Assembly: GCA_963773065.1 (NCBI GenBank)
Contig: CAVYZN010000032.1
Span: forward strand, 96,001-160,000
DNA from: an uncultured Gammaproteobacteria bacterium
Lineage (GTDB): Bacteria > Pseudomonadota > Gammaproteobacteria > UBA9214
Reading direction: 5' to 3'
DNA length: 64,000 nucleotides
Of the stretch, positions 1 to 11,792 are shown one piece after another. Numbering within the stretch: position 1 is the first letter of the stretch; the number at the start of each line of letters is the position of its first letter. Below the pieces are notes generated by a model. The model did no database searches. It saw only the letters and a program-made list of their open reading frames with translations, and was not told the DNA's origin. A program made the translations under genes and the position numbers.

Positions 1-1108
1 AGCCCGGCAGGCCGGAACACGACGACCATTCGCGCGTGCCCATGGCGTTGCACTGCCCGGTGATGGAGAGGCTCGAACCGCCGGGCTTGCCGATGTTGCC
101 GGTGATGAGGCTCAAGTTGTTGATGGCGACCACGCCGTCGGAGCCGTGGGTGCTCTGGTTGATGCCCATGGTCCAGATGGTCATCGCGGCGCCGGCTTTG
201 GCATAGAGGCGCGCGACGTGGCGGATGGTGTCCTCGTCGATGCCGCAGAGCTTCGCGGCGCTCACCGGGTCGTACTGTTTGACGAGATCCGCGAAGGCCT
301 CGAAGCCCTCGGTGTGCGCCTCGATATAGGCGCGGTCCTCAAGCCCCTCCGCGAGGATCACGTGCGCGAGCGCGTTCAACAGCACGAGATCGGTGCCGGG
401 CGCGATGGGCAGATGCAGATCGGCGTGCTGCGCGAACATCGTCACGCGCGGGTCGACCACGATGACGGGGAAGCGGCGCTGCTCCAGCGCCTGGGTGAGC
501 CGCCAGTAGATGATCGGGTGCTGCTCGGGCAGGTTGGAGCCGAAGGCGAGCAGGCAGCCGGTGTGCTCGAAATCCTCGTAGCAGCCCGGCGGGCCGTCGG
601 AGCCGAAGGAGCGCTTGTAGCCCGAGACCGCCGAGGACATGCACAGGGTGGTGTTGCCGTCGTAGTTGTTGGTGCCGATGACGCCGCGCGCGAGCTTGCC
701 CAGCGTGTAGAACTCCTCGGTCATGATCTGGCCGGTGGAGACGATGGCGAAGGCGTCGCGCCCGTAAGTCTTCTGGATGCGCTGGATTTCCGCGGCGGTT
801 TTGTCGAGCGCCGCATCCCAGCCCGTCTCCTGAAAGTCCTCCCAGCGGTGCTCGCGCAGCAGCGGCGTGTCGCCGCGCCCGGCGGTCTTGCGGAACAGTT
901 CGTGTTCGAAGATGCCCTTGATGCACAGCTTGCCGCGGTTCACGTCGGCGTCGGCGACGCCGCGCGAGGCGACCGGCTCGCCCGCGGCGGTCAGGCCGAC
1001 CTCGATGGAACAGCCGGTGGAGCAGTAGCCGCAGGTGGCGTAGCGCCATTCGGCCACGCCCTTGTCGGCGATCTTGATCGGGTTCTTCCTGCGGCGTCCG
1101 AACAGCAT
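1..1108 (-). CDS. nasA: Assimilatory nitrate reductase catalytic subunit (molybdopterin oxidoreductase), 3' end outside window
   Basis: Manual translation MLFGRRRKNPIKIADKGVAEWRYATCGYCSTGC...NRGKLCIKG ([4Fe-4S] motif), NYDGNTTLCMSSAV, SITGQCNAMG; downstream of nirBD. Confidence 0.85.
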   Translation of the reverse strand, partial: MLFGRRRKNPIKIADKGVAEWRYATCGYCSTGCSIEVGLTAAGEPVASRGVADADVNRGKLCIKGIFEHELFRKTAGRGDTPLLREHRWEDFQETGWDAALDKTAAEIQRIQKTYGRDAFAIVSTGQIMTEEFYTLGKLARGVIGTNNYDGNTTLCMSSAVSGYKRSFGSDGPPGCYEDFEHTGCLLAFGSNLPEQHPIIYWRLTQALEQRRFPVIVVDPRVTMFAQHADLHLPIAPGTDLVLLNALAHVILAEGLEDRAYIEAHTEGFEAFADLVKQYDPVSAAKLCGIDEDTIRHVARLYAKAGAAMTIWTMGINQSTHGSDGVVAINNLSLITGNIGKPGGSSLSITGQCNAMGTREWSSCSGLPG

Positions 1109-1130
1109 GGCGTGCCGGTTACCGGCCGGC

Positions 1131-1460
1131 TCAGGCCGCGGCCTCTTCGGCGTGCAGCGCGAGGTACACCCGCCCGTTCTCGATTCTGACGGCGTAGCGG
1201 TTGGTGCAGCCTTCGTCCGGGCCCAGCGCCTTGCCGCTCGCCAGATCGATTTTCCAGTTGTGCAGCGGGCAGGTGACGGTGGTGCCATGGACGATGCCTT
1301 GCGACAGGGGTCCCTGCTTGTGCGGGCAGGAGTCGCGCAGCGCGAACACCTCGTCGGTGGCGGTGCGGAACAGGGCGATGTCCATGGTGTCGGTGCGCAG
1401 CACCCGCGCGCCGAGGCGCGGGATGTCTTCCAGTCTGGCGATTTCGGTCCATTTGCTCAT
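1131..1460 (-). CDS. nirD: Nitrite reductase small (Rieske) subunit
   Basis: CPHKQGPLSQG...CPLHNW Rieske motif; follows nirB. Confidence 0.92.
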   Translation of the reverse strand: MSKWTEIARLEDIPRLGARVLRTDTMDIALFRTATDEVFALRDSCPHKQGPLSQGIVHGTTVTCPLHNWKIDLASGKALGPDEGCTNRYAVRIENGRVYLALHAEEAAA

Positions 1461-1494
1461 GAGGGTTGCTCGTTTGAAATCCGGATGGTTATTC

Positions 1495-1721
1495 ATTCAC
1501 CGCAGAGGCGCCGAGGACGCGAAGCAGAACGAATTGTTAAAACATTCAGGGCGTCGCGAAAATTGCGGTACCCGCCTGTAGGAGCGGGCTTGCCCGCGAA
1601 GACGACTGTTCCGGCAAGTCAACCAGTTCGCGGGCAAGCCCGCTCCTACATTGGGTTGAATTCAAGATTTTCGATATGCCCATTTGTTTTTACTCTGCGT
1701 CCTTTGCGTCTCTGCGGTGAA
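1495..1721. repeat. Nested palindromic element: outer CACCGCAGAG-type arms, middle GGGCGTCGCGAAAA arms, inner GTAG-type REP doublet (1577-1650)
   Basis: tcaccgcagaggcgccgaggacgcgaag / ctctgcgtcctttgcgtctctgcggtga; gggcgtcgcgaaaattg / caagattttcgatatgccc; tgtaggagcgggcttgcccgcgaa / ttcgcgggcaagcccgctcctaca. Confidence 0.85.
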
Positions 1722-1744
1722 AACGCCGTTGATTCGTGCCGCGA

Positions 1745-4180
1745 TCAGCCGGTGATCCGCAGCGGCGTGAACTCATGGTGTTCGGCGCCCTCGGCGCGCT
1801 CCTTCCAGGGGTCGATCTGGGCGAAGCCCTGCGAATAGTCGAAGCGCGCGGCGAGTTCCTTGCGGCCCGGTTCGTCATCGAGCAGGCGGCTCTTGATGTA
1901 GCTGAGACTCACCCGTTCCACCCACGGGGCGGTGCGCTCCAGGTAGTGGGCCTCCTCGCGGTAGAGCTGGATGAAGGCGGCGCAGTACTCCATCACCTCC
2001 GCCTCGGTATCGACCTTGACGAGCAGGTCGGTGACGCGCACCTTGATGCCGCCGTTGCCGCCGACGTGCAGCTCGTAGCCGGAGTCCACGCACACCACGC
2101 CGAAGTCCTTGATGGTCGCCTCGGCGCAGTTGCGCGGGCAGCCGGAGACCGCCATCTTGAACTTGTGCGGCATCCACGAGCCCCAGGTCATTTGCTCCAG
2201 CACGACGCCCAGCCCGGTCGAGTCCTGCGTGCCGAAGCGGCACCAGTTCTTGCCGGCGCAGGTCTTCACCGTGCGCAGCGCCTTGCCGTAGGCATGACCC
2301 GACACCAGCCCGGCCCGCGACAGATCGGCCCACATCCGCGGCAGGTCCTCCTTCTTCACGCCGAACATGTCGATGCGCTGGCCGCCGGTGACCTTGACCT
2401 CGGGCACCTGGTACTTGTCGCAGGCAGCGGCGATGGCGCGCAGCTCGTCCGGCTTGCACAGCCCGCCGAAGAAGCGCGGCACCACCGAGTAGCTGCCGTC
2501 CTTCTGGATGTTGCCGTGGGCGCGCTCGTTGATGAAGCGCGACTGGGCGTCGTCATCGTACTCGCCCGGCCAGTAGGCCAGCAGGTAATAGTTGAGCGCC
2601 GGGCGGCAGACGTGGCAGCCGTCGGGCGTCTTCCATTCGAGGAACCCGCGCACCGCCGCCATGTTCTTCAGGCCATTGGTCTTGATCGCGGCGATGATCT
2701 CGTCGTGGCTGTATTCCGTGCATTTGCACAGCGGCTGCCTGTTGGGCGCGGCGTCGTAGCCTTCGCCGACGGTGCCGGAGAGCAGCGCCTCGACCAGCCC
2801 GGTGCAGGAGCCGCAGGAACTGGATGCCTTGGTGTGGGCGCGCACATCCTCCAGCGTGAACAGGCCCTGCCGGGTGATGGCCTTGACGATGGCGCCCTTG
2901 CACACGCCGTTGCAGCCGCAGATCTCGGCGGAATCGGGCAGGGCCATGACCCGGGTTTCGACGCCGTGACCGGCATCCCCCAGGTCGTGCTGGCCGAACA
3001 GGATGGTCTTGCGGAAGTCGGCGATGCTGGTGCCTTCGCGCATCAACTGGAAGTACCAGGTGCCGTCGATGGTGTCGCCGTAGAGCACGGCGCCCTTGAT
3101 GCGGTTGTCGCGCACGACCAGCTTCTTGTAGGTGCCCGCGGCCGAGTCCTGCATGAGCAGGACCTCGTCATTCGCCGACTCGTTGAATTCGCCGGCGGAA
3201 AACAGGTCGATGCCGGTGACCTTGAGCTTGGTGGAGGTCACCGAGCCTTCGTAACGGGCGTAGCCGAGGTTGGCGAGATGATTGGCGGCGACCCTGCCCT
3301 GGTCGAACAGCGGCGCGACCAGTCCGTAGGCGATGCCGCGATGCTGGGCGCATTCGCCCACGGCATAGATGCTCGGATCGTAGGTCTGCAGGGTGTCGTT
3401 CACGACGATGCCGCGCTCGCAGTAGAGACCGGCCTGCCGGGCCAGATCGGTGTTCGGCACGATGCCCACGCCCATGACGACCAGGTCGGCCGCGACTTCG
3501 CTGCCGTCCTTGAAGCGCACGCCGCGCACCCGGCCGTTGCCGAGGATTTCCGCGGTTTGCGCCTCCATGAGAAACGTGAGGCCGCGCGCTTCCAGCGAGC
3601 GCTTGAGCAGGGCGGCGGCAGGCTTGTCGAGCTGGCGCTCCATCAGGCGGTCGAGCAGATGCACGACCGTCACCTCCATGCCCTGTTTCATCAACCCGTT
3701 GGCGGCCTCGAGTCCCAGCAGTCCGCCGCCGATCACCACCGCCTTGCTGTAATCCCGGCTCGCCTGCAGCATCCTATCGACGTCGTGGATGTCGCGGAAG
3801 GCGATGACGCCGTCGAGGTCCCGGCCCGGCACCGGGATCATGAAGGGATGGGAGCCGGTGGCGAGCAGCAGGCGGTCGTAGCGGACCGTGGTGCCGTCCG
3901 CGGCGATGACGCGGCGCCTCACCCGGTCGATCTCGGTGACCTTGTTGCCTTTATAAAGGGTGATGCCGTGGTCCCGGTACCAGGCGTCGTCGTTCAGCAT
4001 GATGTCATCGACGGTCTTCTCGCCGGCCAGCAGCGGGGAGAGCAGGATGCGGTTGTAATTGCCGTAGGGCTCCGCGCCGAACACCGTGATGTCATAGCGA
4101 TCCGGCGCCAGCTTCAGCAATTCTTCCAGGGTTCGCACGCCGGCCATTCCGTTTCCGACCAGCACCAGTTGTTCTCTCAT
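1745..4180 (-). CDS. nirB: NAD(P)H nitrite reductase large subunit
   Basis: GNGMAG FAD site, BFD-like CGCNGVCK and CGSC motifs, siroheme motifs CAGKNWCRFG and GCPRNC; start taken at MREQLVL. Confidence 0.95.
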   Translation of the reverse strand: MREQLVLVGNGMAGVRTLEELLKLAPDRYDITVFGAEPYGNYNRILLSPLLAGEKTVDDIMLNDDAWYRDHGITLYKGNKVTEIDRVRRRVIAADGTTVRYDRLLLATGSHPFMIPVPGRDLDGVIAFRDIHDVDRMLQASRDYSKAVVIGGGLLGLEAANGLMKQGMEVTVVHLLDRLMERQLDKPAAALLKRSLEARGLTFLMEAQTAEILGNGRVRGVRFKDGSEVAADLVVMGVGIVPNTDLARQAGLYCERGIVVNDTLQTYDPSIYAVGECAQHRGIAYGLVAPLFDQGRVAANHLANLGYARYEGSVTSTKLKVTGIDLFSAGEFNESANDEVLLMQDSAAGTYKKLVVRDNRIKGAVLYGDTIDGTWYFQLMREGTSIADFRKTILFGQHDLGDAGHGVETRVMALPDSAEICGCNGVCKGAIVKAITRQGLFTLEDVRAHTKASSSCGSCTGLVEALLSGTVGEGYDAAPNRQPLCKCTEYSHDEIIAAIKTNGLKNMAAVRGFLEWKTPDGCHVCRPALNYYLLAYWPGEYDDDAQSRFINERAHGNIQKDGSYSVVPRFFGGLCKPDELRAIAAACDKYQVPEVKVTGGQRIDMFGVKKEDLPRMWADLSRAGLVSGHAYGKALRTVKTCAGKNWCRFGTQDSTGLGVVLEQMTWGSWMPHKFKMAVSGCPRNCAEATIKDFGVVCVDSGYELHVGGNGGIKVRVTDLLVKVDTEAEVMEYCAAFIQLYREEAHYLERTAPWVERVSLSYIKSRLLDDEPGRKELAARFDYSQGFAQIDPWKERAEGAEHHEFTPLRITG

Positions 4181-4224
4181 GGAGTCACCGCGGTTGCTTG
4201 ATGAACAGATCATCAAGTAAAAGA

Positions 4225-4239
4225 GCAAGGGTCATGCCA
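4225..4239 (-). promoter_or_regulatory. Sigma-54 promoter of the nirB-nirD-nasA operon
   Basis: TGGCATGACCCTTGC on the minus strand (GG-N10-GC). Confidence 0.75.
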
Positions 4240-4299
4240 ATAGCGCGGTTCGCGGTATCGGGTTCCTATGTGGCTGTATTTGCATTGTTATACATCTCA

Positions 4300-4645
4300 T
4301 GCGCTGAATCATGGAGTGTCTGTCGTATCGTGATGCGCACCAAACATGTGCAGCCCCGGTCATGGCGCATGCCTTGTTAGTGCGTGTCATTGCCTGGGCA
4401 TTCAATGAGGCAAATCCCACTGCCGGCTCCGCCGCCGCACCAGGGTGGAACGTCCGCACGGCTTGCGTTCGTACCGCAAGGCGCGATCGGCGGTGTCATC
4501 CAGATGAATTTCTGCACGCTCGTCCTTATGTGAACCCATCGGCATGCCACGGCGAATGACAGGCAGGCTTTCAGCCCGTGAATGCGCCGCTTCTGCATCA
4601 AACTGGTTCCACCCGGCCGTACGGGTGCACTACATCTGTGCGATT
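4300..4645. promoter_or_regulatory. NtrC-like upstream activator sites in the divergent nirB/nasF region
   Basis: GCAC-N7-GTGC-like pseudo-palindromes, e.g. cgcaccaaacatgtgca (~4336), tgcatcaaactggttcc (~4593), tgcactacatctgtgcg (~4626). Confidence 0.5.
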
Positions 4646-4717
4646 CATGCTCCGATGTCCACGCCGCATTCCGCCGTCGATTCATTTTTCATCGAGAAAC
4701 TAAGGGATTAGTGGATA

Positions 4718-4732
4718 CGGCATGCTTTCTGC
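4718..4732 (+). promoter_or_regulatory. Sigma-54 promoter of the nitrate transporter operon
   Basis: CGGCATGCTTTCTGC (GG-N10-GC) about 50 bp upstream of GGAG-ATG. Confidence 0.6.
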
Positions 4733-4780
4733 TGTTGCTTGTCCGAAAACTTGTTCAAACCTTCTGCATCCGGAGCAACG

Positions 4781-6190
4781 ATGAGAATTTACAGCGATAC
4801 GGTATGCGCCACGCGGCGCAGGTTGATGAAGCACGTCCTACTATCCCTCGGACTCTGTCTGGGTCTGTCCCTGCTGCCGCCGGGCGGCAGCCTGGCCGCC
4901 GCCGGCAAACCGGAAAAGGAGAATCTCAAGTTCGGCTTCATCAAGCTGACCGATATGGCGCCGCTCGCCATCGCCTATGAGAAGGGTTACTTCGAGGACG
5001 AGGGTTTATACGTCACGCTGGAGCCGCAGGCGAACTGGAAGGTGTTGCTGGACCGGGTGATCGATGGCGAGCTCGACGGCGCCCATATGCTGGCGGGCCA
5101 GCCGCTGGGCGCGACGATCGGCTTCGGCACCAAGGCGAACGTGATCACCGCCTTCAGCATGGACCTCAACGGCAATGGCGTCACCGTCTCCAACGACGTC
5201 TGGGAACAGATGAAAAAGCAGCTACCGCAGGAGAACGGCAAGCCGGTGCATCCGATCAAGGCGGACTACCTCAAACCGGTGATCAAGCAATACCGGGATG
5301 CAGGCAAGCCCTTCAAGATGGCCATGGTCTTCCCGGTTTCGACTCATAACTACGAACTGCGCTACTGGCTGGCCGCCGGCGGCATACACCCGGGTTACTA
5401 CGCCCCGCTCAAGGGCGATATCACCGGCCAGATCGGCGCCGAGGCCCTGCTCTCCGTCACCCCGCCCCCGCAAATGCCGGCGACGCTGGAGGCCGGCACC
5501 ATCGATGGCTATTGCGTGGGTGAACCGTGGAATCAGCAGGCCGTCTTCAAGGGCATCGGCGTGCCGGTCATCACCGATTACGAGATCTGGAAGAACAATC
5601 CCGAGAAGGTCTTCGGCGTCTCCCAGGAGTGGGCGAACAAATATCCGAATACCCACAAGGCGGTGCTCAAGGCGCTGATCCGCGCGGCCATGTGGCTGGA
5701 CTCGGGCGGCCTTGAGAACCGCAAGGAGGCCGCGAAGATCCTGTCGCGTCCCGAGTATGTCGGCGCGGACTACGAGGTGCTCGCGAACAGCATGACCGGG
5801 ACCTTCGAGTATGAAAAGGGCGACACGCGCTCGGTGCCGGATTTCAACGTCTTCTTCCGCTATAACGCCACCTACCCGTATTACTCGGACGCGATTTGGT
5901 ACCTGACCCAGATGCGCCGCTGGGGCCAGATCCCCGAGTCCAAGCCGGACGGCTGGTACCTGGATATGGCGAAGCAGGTGTACCGGCCCGATCTCTACGC
6001 CGCGGCCGCGAAAGAGCTGATCGCCGAAGGCAAGGCCAAGGCCGGAGACTTCCCGGATTTCGGCGCCGAAACCGGTTTCCGCCCGCCCCAGAGCGGCTTC
6101 ATCGACGGCATCGTCTATGACGGCGCCAAGCCCAATGACTATTTGGCGAAGTTTCCGATCGGCCTCAAAGGTGATGAGGTCGTGAAATAA
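4781..6190 (+). CDS. nasF: Nitrate ABC transporter substrate-binding protein (CmpA/NrtA family)
   Basis: [37 protein letters not shown] motifs; signal peptide. Confidence 0.92.
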   Translation: MRIYSDTVCATRRRLMKHVLLSLGLCLGLSLLPPGGSLAAAGKPEKENLKFGFIKLTDMAPLAIAYEKGYFEDEGLYVTLEPQANWKVLLDRVIDGELDGAHMLAGQPLGATIGFGTKANVITAFSMDLNGNGVTVSNDVWEQMKKQLPQENGKPVHPIKADYLKPVIKQYRDAGKPFKMAMVFPVSTHNYELRYWLAAGGIHPGYYAPLKGDITGQIGAEALLSVTPPPQMPATLEAGTIDGYCVGEPWNQQAVFKGIGVPVITDYEIWKNNPEKVFGVSQEWANKYPNTHKAVLKALIRAAMWLDSGGLENRKEAAKILSRPEYVGADYEVLANSMTGTFEYEKGDTRSVPDFNVFFRYNATYPYYSDAIWYLTQMRRWGQIPESKPDGWYLDMAKQVYRPDLYAAAAKELIAEGKAKAGDFPDFGAETGFRPPQSGFIDGIVYDGAKPNDYLAKFPIGLKGDEVVK

Positions 6191-6200
6191 TCACGGCCCG

Positions 6201-7190
6201 TTGATCATTACTGCGAGCATGGCGATGAGCACAGACAGAGTCACGGCATTACGATCCGCCGGCATCGCCGAATTCGGCAAGTCGCTGCTGGTCCCGCTGC
6301 TGGCCTTCCTCCTGTTTCTGGGGATCTGGGATGTATCCGCGGCGCGCATCCATACCTCGCTCGGTGCGGTGCCGGGCCCGGTCGAGGTATGGAAGCAAGC
6401 CGTCAACCTGGTCGATGAACACCGGCAGGAGCGCGCCCGGCAGGCCGCGTTCTACGAGCGCCAGGCCAAACGCAACGCGGAGGCGCTCGCGCAGGATCCC
6501 CAGGCCGATGTGCGCATTCGGCCCTATACCGGCAAACCGACCTTCATCGACCAGATCCTGACGAGCCTGGTGACGGTGTTCACCGGGTTCCTGATCGCCT
6601 CCCTGATCGCCGTTCCCATCGGCATCGTCTCGGGCCTCAGCCAGACGGTGTATCGGGCGATCAACCCGATCGTGCAGATCTTCAAGCCGGTTTCACCGCT
6701 CGCCTGGCTGCCGATCGTGACCATCATCGTCAGCGCCGTTTACGTGTCGGACGACCCGATGTTCGCCAAGTCCTACATCACCTCGGCCATTACCGTCACG
6801 CTGTGCTGCCTGTGGCCGACGCTGATCAATACCGCCGTCGGGGTCGCCTCGCTCGACAAGGATCTCGTCAACGTCGGCAAGGTGCTGCGTCTGGGCTGGT
6901 TCACGCGGGTGTGGAAGATCGCGCTGCCCTCGGCGATTCCCATGATCTTCACCGGACTGCGTCTGAGTCTCGGCATCGGCTGGATGGTGCTCATTGCCGC
7001 CGAGATGCTGGCGCAGAATCCGGGGCTGGGCAAATTCGTGTGGGATGAGTTCCAGAACGGCAGTTCCAATTCTCTCGGACGCATCATGGTGGCGGTGTTC
7101 GTGATCGGCCTGATCGGCTTCATGCTGGATTTGGGCATGCTGCTGCTGCAGAAGAAGGTGTCGTGGGACAAGGAGGCGGTGCTGCGCTGA
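6201..7190 (+). CDS. nasE: Nitrate ABC transporter permease
   Basis: FKPVSPLAWLP, GLRLSLGIGWMVLIAAEML; start may be a few codons later. Confidence 0.9.
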   Translation: MIITASMAMSTDRVTALRSAGIAEFGKSLLVPLLAFLLFLGIWDVSAARIHTSLGAVPGPVEVWKQAVNLVDEHRQERARQAAFYERQAKRNAEALAQDPQADVRIRPYTGKPTFIDQILTSLVTVFTGFLIASLIAVPIGIVSGLSQTVYRAINPIVQIFKPVSPLAWLPIVTIIVSAVYVSDDPMFAKSYITSAITVTLCCLWPTLINTAVGVASLDKDLVNVGKVLRLGWFTRVWKIALPSAIPMIFTGLRLSLGIGWMVLIAAEMLAQNPGLGKFVWDEFQNGSSNSLGRIMVAVFVIGLIGFMLDLGMLLLQKKVSWDKEAVLR

Positions 7191-7254
7191 GCGGCCGGTA
7201 CGACCCATGCCCAATAACAACATGCTGTCGCGACCGGCGTTACCGGAGTGAACA

Positions 7255-8147
7255 ATGACCATTGAACATCTCAATATCGACCATGTAACCGTGGAATTTC
7301 CCACCCCCGGCGGGACCTTCACGGCGCTGGACGACGTCGACCTGGTGATTGCCAAGGGTGAATTCGTTTCCCTGATCGGCCACTCCGGCTGCGGCAAATC
7401 GACGGTGCTGAATGTCGTCGCGGGCCTGCTGCGGGCGAGCCGCGGCGGCGTGGTGCTGGACGGCACCGAGGTCGACGAACCGGGGCCGGATCGCGCCGTG
7501 GTGTTCCAGCACCACTCGCTGCTGCCCTGGCTCACCGCCTACCAGAACGTCGAGCTGGCCGTGAAGACAGGTGTTCAGGGGCGCGAAGTCGAAGGCGCAG
7601 ATGCGCGACTGGATCGAGCACAACCTGCGGCTGGTGCACATGGAGCATGCCATGGACAAGCGCCCCGGCGAGATCTCGGGCGGCATGAAACAGCGGGTGG
7701 GGATCGCCCGGGCGCTGGCCATGCAGCCGAAGGTGCTGCTGATGGATGAACCCTTCGGCGCGCTGGACGCGCTCACCCGCGCCCACATGCAGGACTCGCT
7801 GATGGAGATACACGCGGAACTCGGCAACACCGTGATCATGATCACCCACGACGTGGACGAGGCGGTGCTGCTCTCGGACCGCATCGTCATGATGACCAAC
7901 GGCCCGGCGGCAACCATCGGCCAAATCCTCGCGATCGGGCTCGAACGCCCGCGCGAGCGGGTCAGTCTCGCGGTCAGCGCGCAATACAATCACTATCGCG
8001 CCGAAGTATTGAAGTTCCTCTACATGCGCCAGCGCCGCCCCGGCGAAACAAAAGGCGGAGGTGCCCGCGGAAAAATCAGCCGGCGAATCCCTGCCGCCGC
8101 AGAAAACCCCGGACCTGAAGGTGGTAAGGGACCAGGCGGTTGCCTAG
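7255..8147 (+). CDS. nasD: Nitrate ABC transporter ATPase (apparent frameshifts near 7570 and 8050)
   Basis: GHSGCGKST, ISGGMKQRV, LLMDEPFGALD split over ORFs 7255..7749 and 7571..8365; likely true stop at 8145-8147. Confidence 0.85.
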
Positions 8148-8426
8148 CAGGAATCGGGACACGATCGCCAACCGCTAGACTCCTTAAAAAACCGAAGGCT
8201 TTAACCCCTGCCCATCGTGTTGGATGCGGGCAGTATTCATTTGACCAATGCGCCTCTCCTGTTTATTGTGGAGCCATTTTTCATGCCATGGACAATCCTT
8301 GGACCCTGTATCATATGACCAGGGGTGGGATCCTGGCCGTGGTGTTTACATCGCGCCCTGCATGACAGACGGCCGCGTAGAGTGAGCCGAATGAACCACC
8401 GGCTATCTGATTGTCTTTCTAATTAG

Positions 8427-9707
<1,281 letters not shown>

Positions 9708-9768
9708 ACGCAAGGCGGCATGGCTCGAAGAACCTCGGAACGAAGGGCATTTACATAAACCGAACAAT

Positions 9769-9803
9769 GTAGGGTGGGTTAGCGGTTTTTGCGTAACCCA
9801 CCA
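9769..9803. repeat. Single GTAG-type REP-like hairpin
   Basis: gtagggtgggttagcggtttttgcgtaacccacca. Confidence 0.6.
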
Positions 9804-9857
9804 GGCGTTGTGCAGCAACACAACCTGGCGGTTCAATTACTCGTTGATGAATGAATA

Positions 9858-9933
9858 GCCACGGAAGCACACGGAATTACACGGAATAATCACTAACAAA
9901 ATCTTTCCGTGTGCTTCCGTGGATTCCGTGGCC
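9858..9933. repeat. GCCACGGAA-family palindromic element, copy 1
   Basis: gccacggaagcacacggaattacacggaa ... ttccgtgtgcttccgtggattccgtggc; also at 15517 and 42460. Confidence 0.85.
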
Positions 9934-9977
9934 ATAGAGGTTTGGCTGCAGGACGAGAACCGGGGCGCATCACGCTA

Positions 9978-11792
9978 TCAATCAGGTGAGTTTTCCTGCT
10001 GCGCCAGCCAGGCGCGCCAGCCGCCGAATGCCGTGATGTCCAAGGCATCATCCAGGGCGCAGGGCTCGCAGATGAAGCCCTTGTGCCACGCGCCGTCCTC
10101 GAGTTCCAGCGTGCCGATGCCGAGCGGCGCCGGGATGCCGGCCACGAAGCCGCCCAGCTCGGCGAGCGGCAGTTCCCACACCTCCACCTCGATGGCCGCG
10201 CCGCCGGCCGCGACGCGCACCAGGCCGGGCCGCCGCGGCGGGCCGCCGGCGAGCGCATAGAGCCGGTAGACGGGCGCGGTGCGGGTGGCGGCGATGAGCC
10301 GCGCGCCGCGCGCGGTCAACTGGTGGTTGAGCGGCAGGCCCTTAAGGTGCGCCCCGCAAACCACCAGCCGGATCGCCCTCGCCATCGCAGATTGTCGCTG
10401 GCCGGGACGCCGGCGGCACGGGCCGGCCGGTGGCCCCGAGGGTGAGGCCGCTGGCATGGTGCAGGCGGGCCGCGTAGCCGCAGAGCGCCGCATCGTGAAA
10501 CGCCGGGGCGAACAGCGTCACGCCGAAGGGCAGACCGTCGGCGCGAAAGCCCGCCGGCACGGCGACGGCGGCGCAGTCGAGCAGGTTCATGAAGTTGGTG
10601 TAGTAGCCCAGCCGGCTGTTCAGCGTCACCGGGTCGCGGTTCACTGCCTCGATGGTGTAGATCGTGCCGGCGGTGGGCGTCACCGCGAAGTCCATTGCCC
10701 GCAGGATCTGATCCACGGTACGCCGCAGCGACTGCAGGCGGTGCTGGTCCTTGAAAACATCGACCGCGCCGATCGACCGGCCGGCCGCGATAATGCGATG
10801 CGTGACCGGCAGCATCGCCTCTGGCCGCGCCTCGATGAAGGCCTCGATGGCGGCATAGCGCTCGGCGATCCACGGGCCCTGGTAGAGCAGGCGCGCGGCA
10901 TCGAGGAAGGGTTGCAGATCAAACGTGACCGGCTCTCCCCCAGTTCGCGCAGCCGTTCGATCGCCTCGCGGTAGAGCGCCGCCGCGGCGCGGTCGCCGAA
11001 GAACTCGAGCTGTTCCGCGCGCGGCAGCCCGAAGCGGAAGCGCTCCCGCGCGCTCGGCCCCGGCCGGGCCTCGCGTGCATAGGGGTCGCGCGGATCATAG
11101 GCGGCGGCCACGGCCAGCACCGCCGCGGCATCCCGGCAGTCGAGTGCGAAGACGCTGACGCAGTCGAGGCTCCGGCAGGCGGGCACCACGCCCGACGGTG
11201 CTCAGCAGACCGCGGGTGGGCTTGATGCCGATGAGGTTGTTGAAGGCCGCGGGCACCCGGCCGGAACCGGCGGTGTCGGTGCCAAGCGAAAAGCTCGCCA
11301 GCCCCTTCGCCACCGCGACCGCCGAACCGGAACTCGAGCCGCCGGCGAGGTAGCGCGGGTCGAAGGCGTTGCGCACCGCGCCCCAGGGCGAGCGGGTGCC
11401 GGTGAGGCCGGTGGCGAACTGGTCCAGGTTGGTCTTGCCGACCGGCACGGCGCCGGCCGCGAGCAGGCGTTCGACCACGAACGCGGAGTGCGCCGGGGTG
11501 TAGGCGATAGCCCGCGCAGGCGGCCGTCGTCGGTATCCCCGCGAGATCGATGTTGTCCTTGATGGCGAACGGTATGCCGTAGAGCGGCTGCGCTGGCCGG
11601 GTCGCGCCCCGCGAGGGCATCCAGGTAGGGCGCGGTCTCGGCCTCGCTCAGCAGGTGGATCCAGATGTTGTCGTCCCGGCAGGCCTGCGCCCGCTCACGG
11701 ATCCGAGCGAGCACCTCGCGCGGGGTCAGCGTCCCGCTGCGGTAGGCGGCGAGCAGGTGCTCGATCGACAGGTTCGGCGACGCGCGATCCAT
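9978..11792 (-). CDS. atzF: Allophanate hydrolase (several apparent frameshifts)
   Basis: [66 protein letters not shown] across consecutive ORFs. Confidence 0.9.

Noticed and set aside
146-4201. Long plus-strand ORFs (146..1189, 1736..4201) and similar antisense ORFs elsewhere (e.g. 29366..31447, 31944..33959)
   Set aside because: Shadow ORFs opposite clear high-GC genes, with no recognisable motifs.
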